Virus record (IMG/VR): IMGVR_UViG_3300043398_000440
Span: 1-57,267 of that record
DNA: 57,267 bases
Origin: a virus
Lineage: Duplodnaviria > Caudoviricetes
Direction: 5' to 3' (one strand)
Below are positions 1 to 7,596 of the stretch, in pieces; the first letter of the stretch is position 1, and every line of letters starts with the position of its first letter. Both the position numbers and the translations under genes were made by a program. The notes beneath the pieces are model-generated. The model worked only from the letters and a program-made list of their open reading frames with translations, had not been told where the DNA came from and did not search any database.

Positions 1-253
1 ATGTCCTAGGTTAGGTTCTACAGTATTTCCAACGCGCGCGCGCGATAGAGCGTTTGTATAATATTAGGTAAGACATAGTAGGACAGTCAGACAGTACAGC
101 AATTACAGGTACTTGCAGTGTCCGACCATGTCACTCTGTCTGACCATCCAAGGTCAGATCGCCGCGTTTTTGTGGCACAATGTCGTGAATCTTCGCACCT
201 TTCCAGACATTTATGCGCTTGGTCTTGCCCGGATCGGTCCATGCTTTCGCCCG
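1..253. repeat. Terminal direct repeat, left copy (circular-assembly overlap)
   Basis: Matches 57013-57267 except (CG)6 vs (CG)7 and C126 vs T57140. Confidence 0.95.
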
Positions 254-1444
254 TTTCAGGCCGCGCTTGGCGAGTACCCCGTAAACCTGGCGCGATAGGG
301 CAAAGTTGGTCCGGGTCAGCTCGCTGACTTTCTCTGACAGCTCTAGCGGGGTAATGATTTCCTCAGCGTTGGTGCGGTCGAAGTCGAACCAGCGATCAAC
401 CAGCCCGTTGGCGACCGCTTCCAAGGACTCGGTGCGCACCACCTCCATGGCTTCCGAGGCTGGCGGAATGTCGCGGTCAGGGTTGGCGCGCTTCCAGGCG
501 GCGAACTCGGCCAGGCAGTATTGCGCGATGCGGCAAGCGTCGGCCTGAAACCGACCAACAAAGCCGTGGTCGGCCCCACCCTCGTAGCTGGCAAACTTGA
601 CAGGCAGGATGCGCCGTTCGTCGGCTCGGCCGCCGTTCAGGTTGGGCGGGTTGTTGCTTGCGATTAGCACTTTGCAGTTCAGTTTGATGTTGCGGCGCGG
701 CTGGTTCTTTGGATTGATGGTGAGTACGTCGTCGCCCGTAAGCGCCTTGAAGTGGCCAGTGCTCATGAAACTGTTATTGTTCTGGTCGGCAAAAATCAGC
801 AGCCGCGCCCGCTCCAGGGTAGTTGTGGAGTGTTTGTCGGCAAAGTCGCCGCTGCGCATGGTCGTGACGCCTTGCAGGCTGAACATGTTGGCCAATGTGG
901 CCAGCAGCATGCTCTTGCCGTCGTTGCCGTCGCCCCATAAATACATGTACTGGCTGCGCGGAAAGCTGTAGTCGAACAGCGAGCCGATGAACAACACCAA
1001 ACTGCGGGCTTCATCGGCGGTGGTGCGTTTCAGTAGCTCGGCAAACGTGTCTGGGCACTTGGCGGTCGGATCGTGGTCGAATGCCAGGCGTTGCCACGCA
1101 AACTGTTCGTCGGCCAGGCGCTGCGACTTGAAAGCGAAAGGCAGTACGCGGTCGAACGTTAGTGTCGGGAGGCCTGCCTCCATTTCGGCGAGCCAGCGCG
1201 GGTATAGCTCATTGCTGACCTTGGTGGGTGTGAGTTGGTTGCCGAACTGACGCACCAGTTCGCGGCTGACGATGCGTTTCTTGGATATGGCCGCGATCAC
1301 GCCTGGTTCGAGAATCTCGACGACGGTCACCTCCTTTTCGTTGTCTATCAACAGTCGGTAAGTGCCGTTGAGCTGCGCAAACACCTCTTTTCCGATACGG
1401 TTAATCTTACTTTCGAGCGTTTCTTGCTGGGTTGCGATTGTCAT
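131..1444 (-). CDS. SF3 (D5/P4-type) replicative helicase
   Basis: Walker A YLWGDGNDGKS, Walker B-like LLIFADQ, FKALTGDD, motif C IASNN, RRILPVKF; start placed at ATG 1444 (MTIATQ). Confidence 0.85.
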   Translation of the reverse strand: MTIATQQETLESKINRIGKEVFAQLNGTYRLLIDNEKEVTVVEILEPGVIAAISKKRIVSRELVRQFGNQLTPTKVSNELYPRWLAEMEAGLPTLTFDRVLPFAFKSQRLADEQFAWQRLAFDHDPTAKCPDTFAELLKRTTADEARSLVLFIGSLFDYSFPRSQYMYLWGDGNDGKSMLLATLANMFSLQGVTTMRSGDFADKHSTTTLERARLLIFADQNNNSFMSTGHFKALTGDDVLTINPKNQPRRNIKLNCKVLIASNNPPNLNGGRADERRILPVKFASYEGGADHGFVGRFQADACRIAQYCLAEFAAWKRANPDRDIPPASEAMEVVRTESLEAVANGLVDRWFDFDRTNAEEIITPLELSEKVSELTRTNFALSRQVYGVLAKRGLKRAKAWTDPGKTKRINVWKGAKIHDIVPQKRGDLTLDGQTE

Positions 1445-1490
1445 GCGTGTGCTAATAGCGCTTTTGGCCGCGCGAAGCAAGGCGCTTGGC

Positions 1491-1520
1491 TTGACAGCGG
1501 CGCTAATCCGTGGTTAACTG
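1491..1520 (+). promoter_or_regulatory. sigma70-like promoter for the 243-aa protein (possibly leaderless)
   Basis: TTGACA at 1491-1496, weak -10 (TTAACT) at 1514-1519, ATG at 1529, no SD. Confidence 0.5.
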
Positions 1521-1528
1521 CGCACATC

Positions 1529-2260
1529 ATGAAACTGAACCAGATAATCGCAGTAGAAAAAACAGTCAAGCAGCGCACAAACGACTTCGTGACCGAAATC
1601 TACAAAGGCGTGCAGCAGCCCGCACTGTTCGACGGATTCGTCCGCACCTACCGGCCGCTGGAAGCCGAAGGCGAAAAGCTAGCGGGCGAGCAACGCAAGG
1701 TGCAGTGGTCCGCGCCCAACGTGCTGCGCCAGGTGGGCAAGGCGATGACTGACCTGATTGACATCACGGCCACGAAAGACTTTGGCAATCTGGTCGCAAC
1801 GGCCGACGTGAAGTTTGGCGACCAAGTGCTGATTTCCGGCGCGCCGGTCACTTTCCTGCTGTTCCTTGAAAAGCAGTTGACCGACTTGTACACGATGGTG
1901 TCGAAAGTCCCCGTGCTCGATCCTGCCGAAGACTGGACCTACGATGAGAACGCGTCACAGTTTCGCACGCAGCCGGTCAGCTCGATCCGCACCAAGAAGC
2001 TACAGCGCCCGCTGGTCATGTACCCCGCGACCGACAAGCATGCGGCGCAGACTCAACTGATCACTGAAGACATCAACGTCGGCACCTGGGAGCAAGTAAA
2101 ATTCTCCGGGGCACTGCCGCTGCCCGTTCGTCAACGCATCCTGGCCCGCATCGAGGCGCTGCAAAAGGCAGTGAAGTTTGCGCGCGAGGAAGCAAACAGC
2201 GTCGTCGTGACGCAACACTCGGTAGGCGAAACGCTGTTCAAATTCTTGTTCGCGGATTAA
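1529..2260 (+). CDS. Conserved uncharacterised protein (MKLNQIIAVEK family), ncRNA-associated
   Basis: 243 aa with strong codon bias; motifs KLNQIIAVEK, TATKD, PVTFLLFLEKQL, LPVLDPAEDW-like, KFSGALP, AVKFAREEAN; family recognised from memory, not verified. Confidence 0.85.
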   Translation: MKLNQIIAVEKTVKQRTNDFVTEIYKGVQQPALFDGFVRTYRPLEAEGEKLAGEQRKVQWSAPNVLRQVGKAMTDLIDITATKDFGNLVATADVKFGDQVLISGAPVTFLLFLEKQLTDLYTMVSKVPVLDPAEDWTYDENASQFRTQPVSSIRTKKLQRPLVMYPATDKHAAQTQLITEDINVGTWEQVKFSGALPLPVRQRILARIEALQKAVKFAREEANSVVVTQHSVGETLFKFLFAD

Positions 2261-2649
2261 TGCTGCACGCCAAGTAGATGCAAATCATGTCGCACCGCTC
2301 CAAAACAGTGTGAAAAGTGTGTACTGTATTCTCGTGAGTATAACCGAAGATACAGGCCAACTCATCGCGAAGAGCATCGCGCTGAGTGTTACTGGCGCAA
2401 ATACAAACTCACTCTGGACGGATTCGACAAACTCATGCAAGAGCAGAATGGCTTATGTGCGATCTGTAAACAACCTCCTAGAAAACGCCGGTTCGACGTA
2501 GATCATGATCACACTAGTGGGGCGGTTAGAGGCCTGCTGTGCAACCGTGCAACAGAGCCATTGGGTACATGCAAGAAAGCCGACTAATACTGTCCGCTAT
2601 GCTTGATTATATCGATAAACATGCTACAATCAAGGCCGAGCCAAGCTGA
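2261..2649 (+). pseudogene. Endonuclease VII-family (homing) nuclease remnant, frameshifted
   Basis: Frame from 2261 reads KYKLTLDGFDKLMQEQNGLCAICKQPPRKRRFDVDHDHTSGAVRGLLCN; after an apparent 1-nt loss at ~2547 it continues CNRAIGYMQESRLILSAMLDYI to TGA 2649; no in-frame start at the 5' end. Confidence 0.85.
2603..2630 (+). promoter_or_regulatory. sigma70 extended -10 promoter for the ncRNA
   Basis: TTGATT (2603-2608), 16 nt spacer, TGcTACAAT (-10 at 2625-2630). Confidence 0.65.
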
Positions 2650-3013
2650 TGACTAAAGCTGAAACTTAGTGCTGAAATAGCCCAAGTGTACGGTCGATAC
2701 GTACCCGAGCCGCTTTTCTCTGGCCCGGTAGCCCAATGTAGAGGCAGCTGTTGATGCGAGTGAAGTTCAGGCTATTGCTCAAAAGCTCAATTTGGAGGGC
2801 AGACGCAGCAATCGAACGGCACGGACCGAAATTTGGAAACGCGGGTGCGAATCCCGCCGCCCCCGCCACTATGGGGGCGTGGACTAGTAGGATGTCGCCA
2901 CTTATCAGGATGAGTCTGTGCCTTAAACGGCGTGTTGCGTTCAGTGCCTATATTACCGTTGGACTTGAAATCCAATGAACGGAGGGCCGGCCGGCTATGC
3001 CGGTTCCTCCACC
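2637..3013 (+). ncRNA. Large structured RNA with two circularly permuted tRNA-like modules (YrlA-like topology)
   Basis: Module 1 (2676-2752): T-arm GTACG-GTCGATA-CGTAC, closed acceptor CCGAGCC/GGCCCGG, D-arm TAGCCCAATGTAGAGGCA, closing stem AATAGC/GCTGTT. Module 2 (2834-2900): T-arm GCGGG-TGCGAAT-CCCGC, acceptor CGCCCCC/GGGGGCG, D-arm GAC-TAGTAGGAT-GTC. Long stems 2818-2826/2914-2922 and 2803-2810/2933-2940. Confidence 0.8.
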
Positions 3014-3016
3014 TTT
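2981..3016 (+). terminator. GC-rich hairpin at the ncRNA 3' end
   Basis: GGAGGGCCGGC-loop-GCCGGTTCCTCC followed by ACCTTT. Confidence 0.5.
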
Positions 3017-3058
3017 ACACACCCCCACCACAGTAGCTGATCAATAGCTGCTGAGGTG

Positions 3059-3973
3059 TTACTCAGTCACCCGCACCTTAGCGGGCTGACGCTTGCCGAG
3101 AGCCGCGCCAACCTCGCGTTGACCGTAGCGGTCCGCATCCTTCGCTATCTTGTATAACAGCGTCAAATCCGCTGCATCGTCGAGTCCATCGATCTGGATG
3201 AGCGCATCAGCCACTGCGTTGGGTGTGAGTGCGAAGTCGCGCACGCCAGCCGCCGCCTTGCGAAACAACCAGCTGCGCAGTCCCGTGCCCGCCGCTGGTG
3301 GCCGGCCCGCCGCCGCCAGCCAGGCTTGGTAGCGCCGCTGCCGCTCATGCTCGGGCACGCTTGTCGCACCAGCCACCCCCACAGTGGCTGATCCACTCGT
3401 CGTAGGCAGTGCTGGCGGGTACACCATTTCCAGCAGAGTAATGCCAATCCGAGCCCCCGTTGCCCTCTTGATCTTCACCACAGGCCGTTCGGGCGGGTAC
3501 TTGTGATTTACGAAGCCTGGCACGCGCAAGATTCGTGCCAAATCGCACGCGTTTGGATCGCCGCCCGTTTGGGCCACCAAGCTACGATTGGCTGCCTGCC
3601 AGCGGGCGAGGTCGGTGCACGGTTCCTGCAGCAGCCAGTATGCTTGCGCTTTGCCCGGGCTCGATTCAACCACCAAGCTAGGCGCGACGTCCCAATGCGT
3701 CGGCACGCCCGTGTCGTAGTCCACGAACAGTGCCCGTGCAGCCGTGACATGCTCTGCCGTTCGACCTTGCCCGTCGGTTACATTGACGGTAAAGTACACG
3801 TCCGAGCCCGTGCGGTTCAGCGCGGCCAGGGTTGGATACACGTCATCGAGTCGGCGGTCGTACCACGGTTTGCCCGGTTGGCCGTTCCGCAGCGTGGTAA
3901 AAGTGGCCCGTGGGACGGTTTCCACGGTGCCAGTTAGCAACTGTAGGAATCTTAGAGCGGCTTGATATTGCAT
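3059..3973 (-). CDS. RepB-type (AEP superfamily) DNA primase
   Basis: DVYFTVN, ALFVDYD, PSLVVESSPGKAQAYWLL, GGDPNACDLARILRVPGFVNHK. Confidence 0.85.
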   Translation of the reverse strand: MQYQAALRFLQLLTGTVETVPRATFTTLRNGQPGKPWYDRRLDDVYPTLAALNRTGSDVYFTVNVTDGQGRTAEHVTAARALFVDYDTGVPTHWDVAPSLVVESSPGKAQAYWLLQEPCTDLARWQAANRSLVAQTGGDPNACDLARILRVPGFVNHKYPPERPVVKIKRATGARIGITLLEMVYPPALPTTSGSATVGVAGATSVPEHERQRRYQAWLAAAGRPPAAGTGLRSWLFRKAAAGVRDFALTPNAVADALIQIDGLDDAADLTLLYKIAKDADRYGQREVGAALGKRQPAKVRVTE

Positions 3974-4017
3974 ACGGCTGGACTTATACCTTGGTTGTGT
4001 GTTAGCTGTCTAGGAGC

Positions 4018-4425
4018 ATGTGGATGGTAATCGACGCCAGCCCTACCGATCTCAAAATCATCAGCCTGGTATGGACCGATGTTGAGGCGCTGACCGATGA
4101 CGGTCTCGATGGCGTGTTGGTGTCGGTAAAGGTAGGACATCAACACTTCAATGACGCACAGCGCAAATTTCTGGGGGCGTGTCAACAAAAAAGTGACAAA
4201 TCTTTTGAGGTTGTATTGCGTCCACTCACAAGTGGTGCTTTATACCTCACGTGCTTACACGAAATCGGCCACGTGCTCGGTCTAAAACACACACAACGTG
4301 GCGTAATGATTGCGGCTTCTCGACATCGCCAGATACCGCTAACGCCAGAGCGCCGCCGTCGCTGGCTGCGTGATTTCGGTCGGCAGCTGCTAGACCTTCG
4401 TCTGTCGCAACTAAATAATATGTAA
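4018..4425 (+). CDS. Matrixin-like zinc metallopeptidase
   Basis: LHEIGHVLGLKH (HExGHxxGxxH) followed by GVM Met-turn. Confidence 0.7.
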   Translation: MWMVIDASPTDLKIISLVWTDVEALTDDGLDGVLVSVKVGHQHFNDAQRKFLGACQQKSDKSFEVVLRPLTSGALYLTCLHEIGHVLGLKHTQRGVMIAASRHRQIPLTPERRRRWLRDFGRQLLDLRLSQLNNM

Positions 4426-4450
4426 TCACTCATGGGCGTGTTCCATACAT

Positions 4451-5107
4451 ATGATGACACAGTGCGAGCAGTACCTACACTTCATTCGTGACTGGTCCCT
4501 GAATCATGGCGGCCATAATACTACACTAGGCACTCCACTTCCAATTGGCAATGACCTCACCTGGTCAAGTATCGGTCAGGCGGCAGCGAAGTTGCGCCTA
4601 CCTGACGGCAGTCATGCCGTTTCTGAAATCCTGCCGGACGCCAAGGCTTCGGGCCTAATCAAAGATTTCTGGACGGCGGGCAGCTACCAGCCGGCGACGC
4701 GCGTGATTCACGTCGGGGCTCGTGAGGTGCACGACCGATCGCTGAGCACGCTGTTTCACGAGCTGGCCCATGCGATGCTGCATCACGACATCGACGATGC
4801 GCAGTACCGCACGAACCAAGTGTGGATCGAGGCTGAGGCGGATGTATGCTGCGATTTAGTGCGGTGCTTGCTTGGCGCCGGGCCGCGCCACGAAACTCTA
4901 CGAACACTGCATTACATGGGCAATGTCGGCGATGTGGCCGCGTTTTACCACTTCGCAGGCGATGCGCTATGCGTGGCCGCGTGTGCGATTGCGCGGGCAC
5001 TAGCCCCTTGCATCCGCTTTGGTAGTGTGTTAGCTAGCCCGGCAGGAGACACAAATGGCAAAATCCAGCCGACGTACCGAGAAAAAAGTTATCAACCTCA
5101 GCCGTAG
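4451..5107 (+). CDS. ImmA/IrrE-like zinc metallopeptidase
   Basis: TLFHELAHAMLH with downstream EAEAD. Confidence 0.7.
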   Translation: MMTQCEQYLHFIRDWSLNHGGHNTTLGTPLPIGNDLTWSSIGQAAAKLRLPDGSHAVSEILPDAKASGLIKDFWTAGSYQPATRVIHVGAREVHDRSLSTLFHELAHAMLHHDIDDAQYRTNQVWIEAEADVCCDLVRCLLGAGPRHETLRTLHYMGNVGDVAAFYHFAGDALCVAACAIARALAPCIRFGSVLASPAGDTNGKIQPTYREKSYQPQP

Positions 5108-5456
5108 CGACGTGATTGCAGCCTTGTATACCGAGCCGCGTGGCGCGATATCGCCAGGCTGGATTTATGGTGATCCGGCCGATCCAGCGTGCAAGGTGTG
5201 CGCAGTTGGGGCAGTGATTCGATATGTCGGGAAACACAATAAGACAGCCAAAGGTATTATGGCGTTAAACGGTGATCGGTTCAGCGAGGTGTGCGGGTAT
5301 AACGCGCGTATCGCGGGTCAGCCCCTGCAGCAGTTATCGGACGAGTATGAATACTACACCGGGTCGGGTATGGCGCTGGGCACCATTCGTAAGCAATTGG
5401 CGAAGTTTGTACTGACGGAATTTCCGGCCAAAATCAAAATCGAGGTGCAGGTTTAA
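5055..5456 (+). CDS. Hypothetical protein
   Basis: SD GGAG upstream; contains CKVCAVGAV. Confidence 0.65.
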   Translation: MAKSSRRTEKKVINLSRSDVIAALYTEPRGAISPGWIYGDPADPACKVCAVGAVIRYVGKHNKTAKGIMALNGDRFSEVCGYNARIAGQPLQQLSDEYEYYTGSGMALGTIRKQLAKFVLTEFPAKIKIEVQV

Positions 5457-5457
5457 G

Positions 5458-5766
5458 ATGCTGTCCGAAGTGCGCATCCAATTGGGCGGTCGCGCCGATG
5501 AGTACGCGACGCTATCCATCACAACGCTCGATCTGTTCGAGCGAGCAGAGTTCTTTTTGCCTAGCACGCGCGGCCGTACTCGTCGCACCAAGCGCGTGCG
5601 GCTGTTCTGGCGCGACGAAACCGGAGGTCGGTCGCGGCTGATGGTGGATGCCGAGCCGGCACGCGACCTGACCGATCCGCACATGGTGCTGGAACGCCGT
5701 ACGGATTCCCACGGTAGCAACCACTACGCCTGGGTTGCCGATCACACCGCTTCAAAAAGGAACTAA
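5458..5766 (+). CDS. Hypothetical protein
   Basis: Tightly packed in the operon. Confidence 0.55.
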   Translation: MLSEVRIQLGGRADEYATLSITTLDLFERAEFFLPSTRGRTRRTKRVRLFWRDETGGRSRLMVDAEPARDLTDPHMVLERRTDSHGSNHYAWVADHTASKRN

Positions 5767-5773
5767 AAAAACA

Positions 5774-6130
5774 ATGGATATTTTGAACCTGACAATTGGC
5801 CAAGCTCAGCAAGTCGCCGCTTTATTCGGCGCTCTGACAACTCCTAAGACTAGTACCCTTGATCTGTGCCACGATCCCGAAGTGCGTATTGTGATTCTGC
5901 AACGCGGTTGGGTCGTGGTCGGGTATTACCGGCGCATGAATGGGCGCGTGCTTGTGTCTAAGGCGGCAGTAATTCGTAACTGGGGCACTACTAAAGGACT
6001 CGGGGAGCTGATTACCGGCCCGACACCAAAGACCGTGCTGGAAGTTTGCGGCGACGTGGATGCACACGAGTTGGCGGAGATTGCGTCGATAAAGTGCGAC
6101 GTGTCCAAATGGGCGCCGGTGTTGAAGTGA
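5774..6130 (+). CDS. Conserved phage protein (DUF6948-like)
   Basis: IVILQRGWVVVG...AAVIRNWGTTKGLGEL; SD AAGGA. Confidence 0.65.
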   Translation: MDILNLTIGQAQQVAALFGALTTPKTSTLDLCHDPEVRIVILQRGWVVVGYYRRMNGRVLVSKAAVIRNWGTTKGLGELITGPTPKTVLEVCGDVDAHELAEIASIKCDVSKWAPVLK

Positions 6131-6363
6131 TTGGATCACTTGGTGAAGATGCACAAGTCTTAGGTGTTGGCTACGGCGACGGCTACGGCGACGGCTACGG
6201 CTACGGCTACGGCTACGGCTACGGCGACGGCGACGGCTACGGCGACGGCTACGGCTACGGCTACGGCTACGGCGACGGCGACGGCAACGGCTACGGCTAC
6301 GGCAACGGCAACGGCAACGGCAACGGCTACGGCAACGGCAACGGCTACGGCTACGGCTACTAA
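6127..6363 (+). CDS. Gly-Tyr/Asp/Asn repeat protein
   Basis: GTG start overlaps upstream stop (GTGA); (GY/GD/GN)32. Confidence 0.6.
   Translation: MIGSLGEDAQVLGVGYGDGYGDGYGYGYGYGYGDGDGYGDGYGYGYGYGDGDGNGYGYGNGNGNGNGYGNGNGYGYGY
6169..6360 (+). repeat. Hexamer tandem repeat GGC(T/G/A)AC x32
   Basis: Directly visible. Confidence 0.95.
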
Positions 6364-6378
6364 ACAAGGTTCTGGTAC

Positions 6379-6666
6379 ATGGACAGCTACTGCGGCTGTG
6401 GAGCCGATCTGCTCGACTACATGTCCAGACTGCGCGGCGAGTGCGCCCGCTGTTTCGATCTTCGCCTGCCGCCCGATCTAGCCACCCCACAGCAGCTAGA
6501 TGATCATAGCGACGGTGCGTCGGCTACGGACCCCGTCACGGATCGCTTGATACGCGACGCGCTGCCGCGGCACGGCCTTCCGCACTGCCCAAAGTGTGCT
6601 CGTCGCGGCCGCTTCATTCGCATGGCGCTGTGCTGCGAAGTGCACGGACCATTCGGGGGCTGCTAG
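6379..6666 (+). CDS. Cys-rich hypothetical protein (putative Zn-binding)
   Basis: CGC, CARC, CPKC and CCEVH motifs. Confidence 0.55.
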   Translation: MDSYCGCGADLLDYMSRLRGECARCFDLRLPPDLATPQQLDDHSDGASATDPVTDRLIRDALPRHGLPHCPKCARRGRFIRMALCCEVHGPFGGC

Positions 6667-7238
6667 CTGATGGACGCTGCCGTGATGCGGCCATACGCAT
6701 AGTGCGATCCGGTAACCCAGTTGGCGACCGCTTGCAAATACACGGTCGTGTTGACCACCACAGTAAATTTTTTGAAGGGCATTACGTCCGTCTGACCGTT
6801 GCTCACGTCCAGCAGTGCGCCAGCCGCCGTATTGGGCACGGTCCACAGCAGATAAGTGTCGCCGATCGTGCCCGAGCTGGGCGCGGCGGCGGTGCTGATG
6901 CTGATACCGTGGTAGCTGAGGCCGAGCACGGTCTGGTCGAACTGTATGAGCCCGGTCACCAGCCAGGTGCCGGGAGTCAGTGTGATGCTGGTAATATCTT
7001 TCATTGTGGCGCGTACCAAGGCGACGCGACTGGCTGCGGCCACTACACTCTCAATTACGGAGATGGTTCCGCCACCGCTAAGACCGTCGACAGTCTCCTC
7101 CAGGGTGTCAACCGAGTCCTCCAGATCCTCAACTGCCTCATTCACGCGGTCAATGTTGTCCGTGGTGTGCTTTTGCCATCTCAAGTGTTCAGGCAGGGTC
7201 GTGTTTGCCAACAGTCCAGGTCGTTTGATTGTTGCCAT
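6663..7238 (-). CDS. Fibre-like protein, paralog of 34580-35026
   Basis: TSITLTPGTWLV...AYGRITA vs TSISLTAGDWDV...AYGRISA; N-terminal coiled coil. Confidence 0.7.
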   Translation of the reverse strand: MATIKRPGLLANTTLPEHLRWQKHTTDNIDRVNEAVEDLEDSVDTLEETVDGLSGGGTISVIESVVAAASRVALVRATMKDITSITLTPGTWLVTGLIQFDQTVLGLSYHGISISTAAAPSSGTIGDTYLLWTVPNTAAGALLDVSNGQTDVMPFKKFTVVVNTTVYLQAVANWVTGSHYAYGRITAASIS

Positions 7239-7275
7239 GCTGTAGGTAGTCGAATTGGCCCGGCCACCGCGCCGC

Positions 7276-7303
7276 TTGACAGCAGCTTAACCAAGTGTTA
7301 AAT
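7276..7303 (+). promoter_or_regulatory. sigma70-like promoter
   Basis: TTGACA-N16-TTAAAT, with ATG 7 nt downstream. Confidence 0.5.
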
Positions 7304-7310
7304 AAGGCAC

Positions 7311-7580
7311 ATGAACGATGTTCAGCATCTGATGGCGACTATCTCAGGAATGCGAGAAAAGCTAGCCGACTTCAAGCGCTTTCGCGCCAATTACCAGAAC
7401 ATGCGCATGTTGTGGAAAGCCGAGCACAGCATTAACCAACTGCAAGCTGGGTGGATTGCTAAGCTGGAGCGGTGCATCCGTGAGGCTATTGAAGACAGCT
7501 CGGCGGATAGTGTGGACCTGCGCAAATACTTGGAAAAAGTGCTTGAGAGCAAGCCGAGTGCCTTGCTTAGCTCGGTTTAA
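7311..7580 (+). CDS. Hypothetical coiled-coil protein
   Basis: ORF directly after promoter. Confidence 0.6.
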   Translation: MNDVQHLMATISGMREKLADFKRFRANYQNMRMLWKAEHSINQLQAGWIAKLERCIREAIEDSSADSVDLRKYLEKVLESKPSALLSSV

Positions 7581-7596
7581 TGTGTTAGTAATCAGT

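Noticed and set aside
1-253. Physical direct terminal repeat of the virion DNA
   Set aside because: It cuts through the helicase 3' end and an inverted repeat, so it is more consistent with assembly overlap; read data are needed
1235-1528. N-terminal extension of the 341-aa ORF
   Set aside because: Antisense overlap with the helicase; the promoter and ATG at 1529 define the likely start
2666-2978. Short ORFs overlapping the ncRNA (2666-2869, 2751-2978, 2787-2975)
   Set aside because: No SD or recognisable motifs; the region is better explained by extensive RNA pairing
2834-2980. Permuted tmRNA (ssrA)
   Set aside because: No G3:U70 pair, a true D-stem is present, no tag reading frame ending in AA was seen, and there is a second tRNA-like module
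6164-6481. Poly-AT and poly-RS ORFs, or a CRISPR array, in the hexamer repeat
   Set aside because: These are alternative frames of a simple tandem repeat with no spacers
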